Assembly (NCBI GenBank): GCA_013372965.1
Contig: JABXIR010000078.1
Coordinates: 1-36,783 of the forward strand
DNA: 36,783 bases
From: Gammaproteobacteria bacterium
GTDB taxonomy: Bacteria; Pseudomonadota; Gammaproteobacteria; Pseudomonadales; DSM-25080
Reading direction: 5' to 3'
Position numbers and translations under genes: made by a program. The notes under the pieces are model-generated. The model saw only the letters and a list, made by a program, of their open reading frames with translations. It did no database searches and was not told the DNA's origin. Of this stretch, positions 28,404-36,783 are shown one piece after another (position 1 is the stretch's first letter; the number at the start of each line of letters is the position of its first letter).

Positions 28404-29674
28404 GGGGTTTCGCTCTCATCCGATGACAGCGATAGACCAAGAATGTTATCTGCTGCATCTAAGGTAGTTTGATCATCATTCTTAGCAGCCGCGATCAGCG
28501 CACTGGTTGGTGAATGGATTATTTTATTGGTCAATGACCGCGCAAGATTGCGGACGACACGTTCTGGGTCATCACCATTTTCTAGTTGACGGATAGACTT
28601 TTCAAGCTCTTGCACACGCAAGTCTTCCATCTTTTGTCGATATTGTTTAATTAAACCACTCGCTGAGGAAGCTTTGAGACGATCTTGAAACTGCGTCACG
28701 TTGGCATCGATGATGTCGAGTGCATCGATGGCCGCTTCTTCTCGAGCCCGTTGCCCTTCTTCAATTACCGACTGCAAGTCGTCGACCGTGTAGAGGTAGA
28801 CATCATCCAACTCGGATACTTCCGCCTCTATGTCTCGAGGAACGGCGATATCCACCATAAATTGTGGTTGGTGTCGTCGCGCCTTCATCGCACTTTCGAC
28901 CATGCCTTTACCGATAATAGGTAACGGGCTTGCCGTTGATGATATGACGATATCTGCCTTGACGAGCTCTTCCGCCAAATCGCTGAACAGTGCTGCCTTA
29001 GCATTGAAGCGTTGGGCTAGCTCGTGCGCGCGTTGAAAGGTTCGATTAGCCACGGTTAAACGCGTGACTCCTTGCTGAACCAGATGCTGTGCCACTAAAT
29101 CAATGGTGTCGCCGGCGCCCACCAATAACACATCAGTCGCAGATAGATCACTAAATATTCGCTGAGACAAAGTGACCGCGGCATAGGCAACCGACACGGG
29201 ATTATGGCCGATCGCTGTTTGGGTGCGTACCTGCTTTGCCGCGCTAAACACGCTTTGAAAGAGTCTGTGAAGAAGCGGAGATACGGTGCCTGATTGCTGA
29301 GCAACAGCGTACGCTGACTTAACTTGACCGAGAATTTGGGGCTCTCCGAGCACCAATGAGTCAAGCCCCGAGGCGACCTGCATCATATGCTGTACGGCCT
29401 CTCGGTCGGGTTTGGAGAACCACGCATCAGAAATCGAATCCTCGACCACGCCGTGATACTTAGACAACCAGTCAATGACGGCTCGAGCCTCTACTTCACC
29501 GTTGACAATGACTTCGGTTCGATTACAGGTCGATAAAATAACGACGCCATCGACTCCGAGGTCTTCAGAGGCCTGCTGATGCGCATCTTCGAGTTTTGCT
29601 GGATCGAACGCAACACGCTCGCGCAAGTCGACCGGTGCGGTTTTGTGGTTAAGTCCAATTGCCCAAATCGGCAT
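28400..29674 (-). CDS. hemA: Glutamyl-tRNA reductase
   Basis: [34 protein letters not shown]. Confidence 0.97.
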   Translation of the reverse strand: MPIWAIGLNHKTAPVDLRERVAFDPAKLEDAHQQASEDLGVDGVVILSTCNRTEVIVNGEVEARAVIDWLSKYHGVVEDSISDAWFSKPDREAVQHMMQVASGLDSLVLGEPQILGQVKSAYAVAQQSGTVSPLLHRLFQSVFSAAKQVRTQTAIGHNPVSVAYAAVTLSQRIFSDLSATDVLLVGAGDTIDLVAQHLVQQGVTRLTVANRTFQRAHELAQRFNAKAALFSDLAEELVKADIVISSTASPLPIIGKGMVESAMKARRHQPQFMVDIAVPRDIEAEVSELDDVYLYTVDDLQSVIEEGQRAREEAAIDALDIIDANVTQFQDRLKASSASGLIKQYRQKMEDLRVQELEKSIRQLENGDDPERVVRNLARSLTNKIIHSPTSALIAAAKNDDQTTLDAADNILGLSLSSDESETP

Positions 29675-29808
29675 TGCGATTACGTACCTTCCAAACGAAA
29701 AAAACGAAGCGAATCCCGCGTCGTTTAGTGGTTATGAGTTTATCTTGGCTTATTATACCTTTACACTGTAACAAAATGATACATTTCGAGTAGGTCTTAC
29801 ACATTCAT

Positions 29809-31494
29809 ATGCGATCGCCAAAGTCACAATTTGTGCTATTTTGCCTACCTCTGATTGTCTTGGTCACTGGTTGCAGCATTAAGCCCCAAGTGTCCCAAGC
29901 CCCTACCCCTAAAGCCGACACTTCGATCACTGCACTAGCAAACGAGGAAAAGCGTTCTACCCAGCGGTTTCCAGAAGCGACTTTATTTTCAATGCTCGCG
30001 GCGGATCTTTCACGATCTCGTGGCGACTTCGTTACTGCCGCCCGATTGATTACCGAGCAAGCCATTGCGTTAAAAGACGAACCACTGTTTCTCGAAGCTT
30101 CTTGGATGACGTACGAATACGATCCTCAAAACCTTCAATATGTGCTGTCCAGTTGGCACGACAATTTCCCTGAGTCGGACAGCCAACGTGCATTCATCGC
30201 TCAAATTTCCATCGAGCAAAACTCATTGAATGAAGCGTTTGACATCGCGCTGACGATCAAAGACCCTGCTATCGCATCGCCATTCTTCCAGCGAATTGCC
30301 TCGATCACGATGAACTGGCGGTACGAAGGCAAACTACAGGTCATCACACTCTTCGAAAACGCGCGAAGCGAACGACCCGACATTTTAGGGTTAGACATTG
30401 GGATCGCCCTTATCCGAAGTACCATCGATGCAGAAACCGCCGTTAAAGAGCTGGAGAGCCTACATAAAACCAACCCAGATGCCACCAATATTACCTTGGC
30501 ACTGACGGGCATACTGGCCAATAACGACCAGCTTCAGCGCGCACACGAGATTCTCGAGGACTCCCTTGATCGTCGATTTAATCTCGATCTTGCCACACAA
30601 CAAGCGAAGCTATCGTATTACCTTGAATCAGAAACTGATGGACTGACGCACCTCATCGACAATGCAGAAGATACGCCAGTATGGTATCGAGACTCTGCAC
30701 AATGGGCGTTAGAGAGGGGCTTTACCGACGATGCAAATACCCTTACCGAGGCTCTCGCGCGTTACAATTACTTTACGGAAGACGCGACACTCCTCCACGG
30801 ACGTCTCTCACTAGCGAGCGGAGAGTTTCAAGACGCCATCGAGTATTTTAGCTCGTTATCTCGGCCGGATCTCAGATCTCAAGCAGTGCAGTACACGGTG
30901 TCGGAAGTCAACGCCAGTGATGAATATGAGCAGTTTGCCGATCAACTAACGTCTATCAGTCGATCAAATCTCGATGTCGAATACGCTTGGGTCAACCATC
31001 TCAATTCGATCAGTACGATTGAGCAACGCCTCACTCGCCTCGAACTCACCCATCGATTAATCAACAGTTCAGCGTCGCTCGAATTTCTCGTCAACGAACT
31101 GCGTTCGAGTGGAATGGACCTTACCGCAGATCAAATGATGCTTAGGTTTATTGAGCAGAACCCAACTAGCGCTTGGACCATGAATAACCTCGCCTATTCT
31201 TGGATCACCCGAGATATTCGGCTTGACGAGGCTCGTACTCTGCTTAACGAAGCAGTTAGCCTCAATCCCGAAGATGCCGCGACCATTGATAGCCTCGGCT
31301 GGCTTGAGTATAAACTCGGAAATGTGGAAGCCGCACTTCCGTTGATCGAACGCGCTAACGCGCTCGAGACACACCCCGAGATTATGTATCACCTCGCAAT
31401 CATTCTGCGCGCCTTGGGCAACGACGAACGCTATCAAGAACTGATGGACCGGCTCCAGCAGCTCTTTCCTAACTACCCGGTTTTGCCACTATGA
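29809..31494 (+). CDS. TPR-repeat lipoprotein (positional equivalent of P. aeruginosa LbcA/PA4667)
   Basis: Lipobox VTGC, C-terminal TPRs (NNLAYS, IDSLGWL.YK.G); located between hemA and lolB. Confidence 0.8.
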   Translation: MRSPKSQFVLFCLPLIVLVTGCSIKPQVSQAPTPKADTSITALANEEKRSTQRFPEATLFSMLAADLSRSRGDFVTAARLITEQAIALKDEPLFLEASWMTYEYDPQNLQYVLSSWHDNFPESDSQRAFIAQISIEQNSLNEAFDIALTIKDPAIASPFFQRIASITMNWRYEGKLQVITLFENARSERPDILGLDIGIALIRSTIDAETAVKELESLHKTNPDATNITLALTGILANNDQLQRAHEILEDSLDRRFNLDLATQQAKLSYYLESETDGLTHLIDNAEDTPVWYRDSAQWALERGFTDDANTLTEALARYNYFTEDATLLHGRLSLASGEFQDAIEYFSSLSRPDLRSQAVQYTVSEVNASDEYEQFADQLTSISRSNLDVEYAWVNHLNSISTIEQRLTRLELTHRLINSSASLEFLVNELRSSGMDLTADQMMLRFIEQNPTSAWTMNNLAYSWITRDIRLDEARTLLNEAVSLNPEDAATIDSLGWLEYKLGNVEAALPLIERANALETHPEIMYHLAIILRALGNDERYQELMDRLQQLFPNYPVLPL

Positions 31495-32042
31495 AACGCA
31501 TTTTAGTGCTCATCGCGTTTGCTCTTAGTCTGAGTGCGTGTACCACCTTCACTAGAACGTCAGAAGTCGATCTAACCAACTCATGGGGGTTTGACGGTCG
31601 AATTCAATATATCGGACAAGAGAGAGGCATTGCGAACGTCCATTGGCAGTATCTAAATGGGCAACACGAAGTGGAACTGAGCGGGCCGTTTGGCTTAGGA
31701 CTTACCCGACTTACCGGCGACGAACAGAGTCTTCGCATCAAGAACAGCGACATCGACCTGTACGGACCTGCCGAGCAACTGATGTCGCTAAATCTAGGTT
31801 GGCGCGCGCCACTGTCGGCACTACCTTATTGGCTTCAAGGTCACCCAATGCTAGCTTCGACCCCTACTGCCCCCATTACGAACGGCGTTCGCTTTGAGGA
31901 ACTCGGCTGGACAGTTAGCGCGACCGATTTCCGTCTCGACCAAGGAGATTCGCGCCCCTATCGCTTAAGCTTAAAAAGCGACCAACTGCAACTGAACTTT
32001 ATCATCAGCCAATGGCAAGCTTCGATGCCCGAAAACTTATGA
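31491..32042 (+). CDS. lolB: Outer-membrane lipoprotein insertase LolB
   Basis: Lipobox LSAC, W...GRI, LSGPFG.G, P...L.YWL.G; upstream of ispE. Confidence 0.88.
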   Translation: MKRILVLIAFALSLSACTTFTRTSEVDLTNSWGFDGRIQYIGQERGIANVHWQYLNGQHEVELSGPFGLGLTRLTGDEQSLRIKNSDIDLYGPAEQLMSLNLGWRAPLSALPYWLQGHPMLASTPTAPITNGVRFEELGWTVSATDFRLDQGDSRPYRLSLKSDQLQLNFIISQWQASMPENL

Positions 32043-32872
32043 AATTTAGTGCTCCAGCAAAACTTAACCTGAACTTACATATCGTTGGAAGACGAGCGGA
32101 TGGGTATCATCTGCTCGAAAGCTACTTTCAGCTACTCGATTTCGGTGACGAGCTCGACATCGAAGTACTCGAAGATGAATCCAATATCCGAGTTTCTCCG
32201 AGCATTGAAGATCTCGATGATGACAACAACTTGATTGTTCGAGCGGCCAGATTACTGCGTTCCTACGTTGGTCAGCCTGAACTTGGCGCAAAGATCTCGT
32301 TAACGAAACGCATCCCAATCGGGGGAGGTCTTGGCGGCGGGAGCTCAAATGCGGCCACGACGCTTCTCGCTCTAAACGATTTATGGAAGCTAAACTTAAG
32401 CCGTAAAACCCTCGCCGAGATCGGTCTTAGCTTAGGTGCGGATGTACCTATTTTCGTTCACGGTTATAGCGCATGGGCAACCGGCATTGGAGAGCACCTC
32501 ATTTCGGTTGAAAATCGCAGCGTTTGGTATGTCGTATTACGACCCCCTGTAGCGGTTAGTACGGCGCAGATTTTCCAACACCCCGAATTGACAAGAGATA
32601 GCGCGAGCAGTACAGTAGCGGCCGTTTTAGAAGGTCATTGCCACAATGATTGTGAACCGTTAGTTAGGGCACTCTACCCTCCAGTAGACGAGGGTCTAAA
32701 ATGGCTCAGCCAATATGGCAAAGCGCAACTAACGGGGACAGGATCTTGCATCTTTGCTGCATTCGATGATGAAGCAACAGCGCATAAAGTGCTAAACTGC
32801 AAGCCAATGGCTTTTGAAGGATTTGTTGCAAAGGGGATTTTTGCCTCTCCCATCAACAGTCAGGTTAACTAA
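32039..32872 (+). CDS. ispE: 4-diphosphocytidyl-2-C-methyl-D-erythritol kinase
   Basis: APAKLNL.L, IP.GGGLGGGSSNAA, LGADVP, LTGTGSC; ATGA overlap with lolB gives a start at 32039. Confidence 0.96.
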   Translation: MKFSAPAKLNLNLHIVGRRADGYHLLESYFQLLDFGDELDIEVLEDESNIRVSPSIEDLDDDNNLIVRAARLLRSYVGQPELGAKISLTKRIPIGGGLGGGSSNAATTLLALNDLWKLNLSRKTLAEIGLSLGADVPIFVHGYSAWATGIGEHLISVENRSVWYVVLRPPVAVSTAQIFQHPELTRDSASSTVAAVLEGHCHNDCEPLVRALYPPVDEGLKWLSQYGKAQLTGTGSCIFAAFDDEATAHKVLNCKPMAFEGFVAKGIFASPINSQVN

Positions 32873-32877
32873 ATTTT

Positions 32878-32952
32878 TGGGGTGTCGCCAAGTGGTAAGG
32901 CAACGGGTTTTGATCCCGTCATGCGTAGGTTCGAGTCCTACCACCCCAGCCA
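32878..32952 (+). tRNA. tRNA-Gln(TTG)
   Basis: 75-nt cloverleaf, acceptor TGGGGTG/CACCCCA, anticodon TTG, GTTCGA, encoded CCA. Confidence 0.97.
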
Positions 32953-33014
32953 TATACGTGTAGCAATGTGACAGCAACAGCTGTTTGAACAACCAAAAAG
33001 CAAGGGCGATAGCA

Positions 33015-33956
33015 GTGGCAAACCTAATGGTATTTACCGGGAACGCAAACCCGGAGTTAGCTAAAAAAGTATGTGATGAACTCCACGTTCCACTCGGCGA
33101 GGCATCCGTTGGACAATTCTCCGATGGCGAAGTCATGGTCGAGATCAAAGAAAACGTGCGTGGTCAGGACGTATTCATCGTGCAACCGACGTGCAGTCCA
33201 ACGAACGACAACCTAATGGAACTCGTCGTTATGGTTGATGCACTTCGTAGAGCATCAGCGCAACGAATCACTGCCGTTGTTCCTTACTTTGGCTATGCAC
33301 GACAAGATCGTCGCGTACGATCCGCCCGTGTTGCTATTTCGGCAAAGGTCGTAGCAGACATCCTCGTAGGTGTTGGTGTTGACCGTGTACTTACCGTAGA
33401 TCTTCACGCTGAACAGATCCAAGGATTCTTCGACGTCGCGGTAGACAACTGCTACGGCAGCGTTCGCCAGGTTCAAGATATCATCGAACAAAATTACGAC
33501 AACCCGATGTCCGTATCGCCGGATATTGGCGGTGTCGTTCGAGCCCGTGCCATCGCTAAGAAGCTCGACACCGACCTCGCGATTATCGATAAGCGTCGCC
33601 CACGCGCGAACGTCGCCCAGGTCATGAACATCATCGGTGATGTCGACGGTCGTACCTGCATCATGGTCGATGATATTGTTGATACGGCTGGCACACTATG
33701 TACCGCTGCAGCAGCTCTTAAAGCTAAGGGCGCCGCTAAAGTTGTCGCCTATTGCACACACCCAGTACTATCTGGACCAGCAATCGACAACCTAAATAAT
33801 TCCGAGCTCGATGAGCTCATCGTTTGCGACACGATTCCGCTTTCACAAGAAGCGCGCAATTGTGAAAAGATTCGTGTATTATCCCTCGCGCCGATGTTGG
33901 CCGAGTCTATGCGCCGCATCAGCAACGAGGAATCAATCAGCGCTATGTTTGATTGA
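33015..33956 (+). CDS. prs: Ribose-phosphate pyrophosphokinase
   Basis: [31 protein letters not shown]; likely GTG start at 33015. Confidence 0.97.
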   Translation: MANLMVFTGNANPELAKKVCDELHVPLGEASVGQFSDGEVMVEIKENVRGQDVFIVQPTCSPTNDNLMELVVMVDALRRASAQRITAVVPYFGYARQDRRVRSARVAISAKVVADILVGVGVDRVLTVDLHAEQIQGFFDVAVDNCYGSVRQVQDIIEQNYDNPMSVSPDIGGVVRARAIAKKLDTDLAIIDKRRPRANVAQVMNIIGDVDGRTCIMVDDIVDTAGTLCTAAAALKAKGAAKVVAYCTHPVLSGPAIDNLNNSELDELIVCDTIPLSQEARNCEKIRVLSLAPMLAESMRRISNEESISAMFD

Positions 33957-33964
33957 TCACAGCA

Positions 33965-34064
33965 TTTAGCTGTGTAAGTTTTCTTGCACGCTAAACGCGT
34001 TGCTCACTCGACGAAGTGAGTAACTTTCACCATCGCAAAGGCCTGGTCGCGGGTCTGCGATGGT
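33965..34064 (+). promoter_or_regulatory. Structured rplY 5' leader (L25 autoregulatory-type)
   Basis: Three consecutive hairpins (33965-33995, 33999-34024, 34029-34064); the last carries TGGTCGCG near its apex, immediately upstream of the rplY RBS. Confidence 0.65.
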
Positions 34065-34087
34065 TTTGTATTTACTAGGAGTAAGTT

Positions 34088-34720
34088 ATGACTGATTTTA
34101 CATTAAAAGCGGAAGTCCGCGACAATAAGGGGAAAGGTGCGAGCCGCCGCCTGCGTCGTTTGGACGGTCAAGTTCCAGGTATCATCTACGGCGCTGGTAA
34201 AGAGCCTGTAATGATTTCTTTGGCACATAAAGACCTGATCAAATCTTTAGAAGATGAGGCGTTCTACAGCCACATCCTTACTGTTAAGATTGGTCGTAAG
34301 TCTGAAAAAGTGATCCTTAAGGACCTTCAGCGTCACCCAGCGAAGCCTCTTATCGTTCACGCTGACTTCCTTCGCGTTTCTGCGAAAGAGAAGCTCACTG
34401 TTAACGTACCGCTTCACTACACCAACGCTGAAGCCTGTGTAGGCGTTAAGCTTGAAGGTGGTTCTGTTATTACTCAGCTCAACGAGCTTGAAGTAAGCGT
34501 ACTTCCAAAAGATCTTCCTGAGTTCATCGAAGTCGATCTAACTGAAGTTAAAGCAGGCGAAACCCTTCACATCTCGGACATCAAGCTTCCAAAAGGTGTT
34601 GAGAGTGTTGCACTAAGTCACGGTTCTGACCACGACTTGGCGATCATGACAGTTAAGAAGCCGAAAGGTGCTAAGTCTTCTGACGAAGACGAGTCATCTG
34701 AAGAAGCTTCTGAGGGTTAA
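34088..34720 (+). CDS. rplY: 50S ribosomal protein L25 / general stress protein Ctc (long form)
   Basis: GKGASRRLR, VPGIIYG, QRHP, HADF.R, C-terminal Ctc domain. Confidence 0.96.
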   Translation: MTDFTLKAEVRDNKGKGASRRLRRLDGQVPGIIYGAGKEPVMISLAHKDLIKSLEDEAFYSHILTVKIGRKSEKVILKDLQRHPAKPLIVHADFLRVSAKEKLTVNVPLHYTNAEACVGVKLEGGSVITQLNELEVSVLPKDLPEFIEVDLTEVKAGETLHISDIKLPKGVESVALSHGSDHDLAIMTVKKPKGAKSSDEDESSEEASEG

Positions 34721-34741
34721 TCGCTTTTACGAAGAGGGCCC

Positions 34742-35329
34742 GTGGTGTCTAATCGCATCAAACTGATCGTTGGTCTTGGCAACCCAGGACGCGACTATGA
34801 GCGAACCCGACACAACGCGGGCGCCGACTTTGTTACCGAGCTTGCGCGCCATTACGGCGCGCAGCTCACCTCAGATTCGAAATTATTTGGCCTTGTTGGC
34901 CGGATTACCGTCGGTGGACACGACCTACGTCTGATCAATCCGACAACCTATATGAATCGCTCCGGGCAAGCCGTTGCAGCGATCGCAAACTTCTACAAAA
35001 TCCTTCCCAACGAGATTTTAGTAGCTCACGATGAACTCGACTTACCGTGTGGTGTGGCTAAACTGAAATTCGCTGGCGGGCACGGTGGCCACAACGGCCT
35101 TCGAGATATCATCGCCTCTCTCGGCAACTCAAAAGACTTCTATCGCTTAAGACTCGGTATCGATCATCCGGGCAATAGCAAGGCGGTCGCTAATTACGTA
35201 TTAAAACGAGCAACTCAGAGTGAGCAGCTCGACATCGATAACGCCATCGACCGCTCGATTAAAGTCACCGACTTAATCGCGGCCGGTGAATTCGAAAAAG
35301 CGATGAACTCGCTTCATTCGTCAAACTAA
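34742..35329 (+). CDS. pth: Peptidyl-tRNA hydrolase
   Basis: GLGNPG..Y..TRHNAG, TYMNRSG, HDELDL, GGHNGL. Confidence 0.97.
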   Translation: MVSNRIKLIVGLGNPGRDYERTRHNAGADFVTELARHYGAQLTSDSKLFGLVGRITVGGHDLRLINPTTYMNRSGQAVAAIANFYKILPNEILVAHDELDLPCGVAKLKFAGGHGGHNGLRDIIASLGNSKDFYRLRLGIDHPGNSKAVANYVLKRATQSEQLDIDNAIDRSIKVTDLIAAGEFEKAMNSLHSSN

Positions 35330-35345
35330 CTTAGGTATAAGAACT

Positions 35346-36437
35346 ATGGGCTTTAATTGCGGAATCGTCGGTCTACCGAACGTTGGCAAATCAACACTCT
35401 TTAACGCGCTCACCAAAGCAGGCATTGATGCTGAGAACTTTCCGTTCTGTACCATCGAGCCAAACGCTGGTGTTGTGCCAATTCCCGATCCCCGCGTCGA
35501 TGCTATTTCTGCGATTGTAAACCCTCAGAACATCGTGCCAACAACGATGGAGTTCGTCGATATCGCTGGTCTGGTTGCAGGCGCATCAAAGGGCGAAGGT
35601 CTGGGCAACAAGTTTTTGGGGAACATTCGAGAAACTGATGCCATTGCTCATGTCGTTCGCTGCTTCGAAGACGAGAATGTCATTCACGTCGCAAACAAGA
35701 TCAACCCGGCAGAAGATATCGATGTCATTAACACCGAGTTAGCACTCGCTGACCTCGAAAGTAGCGAGAAAGCACTTTTGAGAAACCAAAAGCTTGCCAA
35801 AGGTCGTGACCCAGAGGCAATGAAGCTGGTTGGGGTTCTCGAGAAAATCGTCGAACACCTAAACGAAGCACGCCCGCTACGCAGCATGGGTCTTAGCGAG
35901 GATGACCTGAAGCTCGTTAAAAACTTTAACTTCCTGACGCTCAAGCCGACAATGTACATTGCTAACGTCCACGAGGATGGATTTGAAAACAACCCTCATC
36001 TCGACGTTGTGAGAGCAATCGCAACGGAGGAAGGCGCTGAAGTGGTGGTCATCTGTAACAAGCTCGAATCCGAAATTGCGGAACTCGAAGACGACGAACG
36101 TGATGAATTCTTAGAAGACTTGGGCTGGGACGAAGCAGGCTTAGACCGTGTGATTCGAGCCGGTTATGAACTCCTTGGACTTCAGACCTACTTCACAGCG
36201 GGTAAGAAAGAAGTTCGCGCGTGGACGATTCCCGTAGGGGCAACCGCGCCGCAAGCGGCTGGTAAAATCCACACAGACTTCGAAAAAGGCTTCATTCGGG
36301 CCGAAGTGATTGGCTACGATGACTTTATCGAATTCAAGGGCGAAGCTGGCGCGAAAGAAGCAGGCAAATGGCGTTTGGAAGGCAAGGACTACATCGTCAA
36401 AGACGGCGACGTCATTCTCTTCCGTTTTAACGTATAA
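35346..36437 (+). CDS. ychF: Redox-regulated ATPase YchF
   Basis: [33 protein letters not shown] domain ending FRFNV. Confidence 0.97.
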   Translation: MGFNCGIVGLPNVGKSTLFNALTKAGIDAENFPFCTIEPNAGVVPIPDPRVDAISAIVNPQNIVPTTMEFVDIAGLVAGASKGEGLGNKFLGNIRETDAIAHVVRCFEDENVIHVANKINPAEDIDVINTELALADLESSEKALLRNQKLAKGRDPEAMKLVGVLEKIVEHLNEARPLRSMGLSEDDLKLVKNFNFLTLKPTMYIANVHEDGFENNPHLDVVRAIATEEGAEVVVICNKLESEIAELEDDERDEFLEDLGWDEAGLDRVIRAGYELLGLQTYFTAGKKEVRAWTIPVGATAPQAAGKIHTDFEKGFIRAEVIGYDDFIEFKGEAGAKEAGKWRLEGKDYIVKDGDVILFRFNV

Positions 36438-36450
36438 CCACAAAGCATAA

Positions 36451-36482
36451 CGACCGTCGGTGATTAAATTCATCGATGGTCG
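36451..36482 (+). terminator. Hairpin after ychF (3'-end stabiliser or weak terminator)
   Basis: CGACCGTCGGTGA-TTAAAT-TCATCGATGGTCG, 13-bp stem with 2 G-U pairs, no U-tract. Confidence 0.45.
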
Positions 36483-36522
36483 CTAAGCCTATGAAAAATC
36501 TTAGATTTTTTCTGATCAATAC

Positions 36523-36557
36523 TTTACAAAACTAATGGGATGCTTATAATCCCCCTC
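36523..36557 (+). promoter_or_regulatory. Stable-RNA-type sigma70 promoter of the tRNA cluster
   Basis: TTTACA (36523-36528), 16 nt, TATAAT (36545-36550), C-rich discriminator CCCCCTC, AT-rich upstream region. Confidence 0.8.
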
Positions 36558-36586
36558 GTCTTTTGAGGATGCATTGAAACATTCAC

Positions 36587-36661
36587 TGGGGTGTCGCCAA
36601 GTGGTAAGGCAACGGGTTTTGATCCCGTCATGCGTAGGTTCGAGTCCTACCACCCCAGCCA
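36587..36661 (+). tRNA. tRNA-Gln(TTG)
   Basis: Identical to 32878-32952. Confidence 0.97.
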
Positions 36662-36686
36662 TCTACTCAACAAGACCTATTTTTAC

Positions 36687-36761
36687 TGGGGTGTCGCCAA
36701 GTGGTAAGGCAACGGGTTTTGATCCCGTCATGCGTAGGTTCGAGTCCTACCACCCCAGCCA
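36687..36761 (+). tRNA. tRNA-Gln(TTG)
   Basis: Identical tandem copy, 100-bp period. Confidence 0.97.
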
Positions 36762-36783
36762 TCTTTTTCCGCTTTCAATCGCA

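Noticed and set aside
32792-33148. 118-aa minus-strand ORF
   Set aside because: Antisense to tRNA-Gln, ispE and prs; a typical tRNA shadow translation
32878-36661. tRNA-flanked genomic island (attL/attR)
   Set aside because: Both ends are full-length tRNAs, the enclosed genes are core housekeeping genes, and there is no integrase

Overview
36.8-kb chromosomal window from a gammaproteobacterium. The gene order resembles Pseudomonas/Cellvibrionales/Oceanospirillales, and the gene content suggests a marine lifestyle; both are inferences. Two conserved housekeeping blocks are present: putP, RDD, lptGF, pepA-holC-valS on the left, and rhlB, prmC-prfA-hemA, TPR lipoprotein-lolB-ispE-tRNA-Gln-prs-rplY-pth-ychF-tRNA-Gln x2 on the right. 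Between them lies a ~14-kb accessory segment (9.7-23.7 kb). It contains a 156-bp highly palindromic tandem repeat, a TonB-dependent receptor with a complex promoter, a SufS-like PLP enzyme divergent from a DecR-like Lrp regulator, an RND pump pair, an orphan PdsS-like sensor kinase, a stand-alone cNMP-binding protein, an unusual secreted TonB-C fusion protein, and a LuxR regulator preceded by a perfect 32-bp palindrome. I saw no transposase, integrase, phage gene or CRISPR array. The best candidates for something undescribed are the 156-bp repeat, the receptor/PLP enzyme/DecR module and the kinase-cNMP-TonB fusion-LuxR cluster. All protein family calls are from motif recognition by eye, with no database searches.
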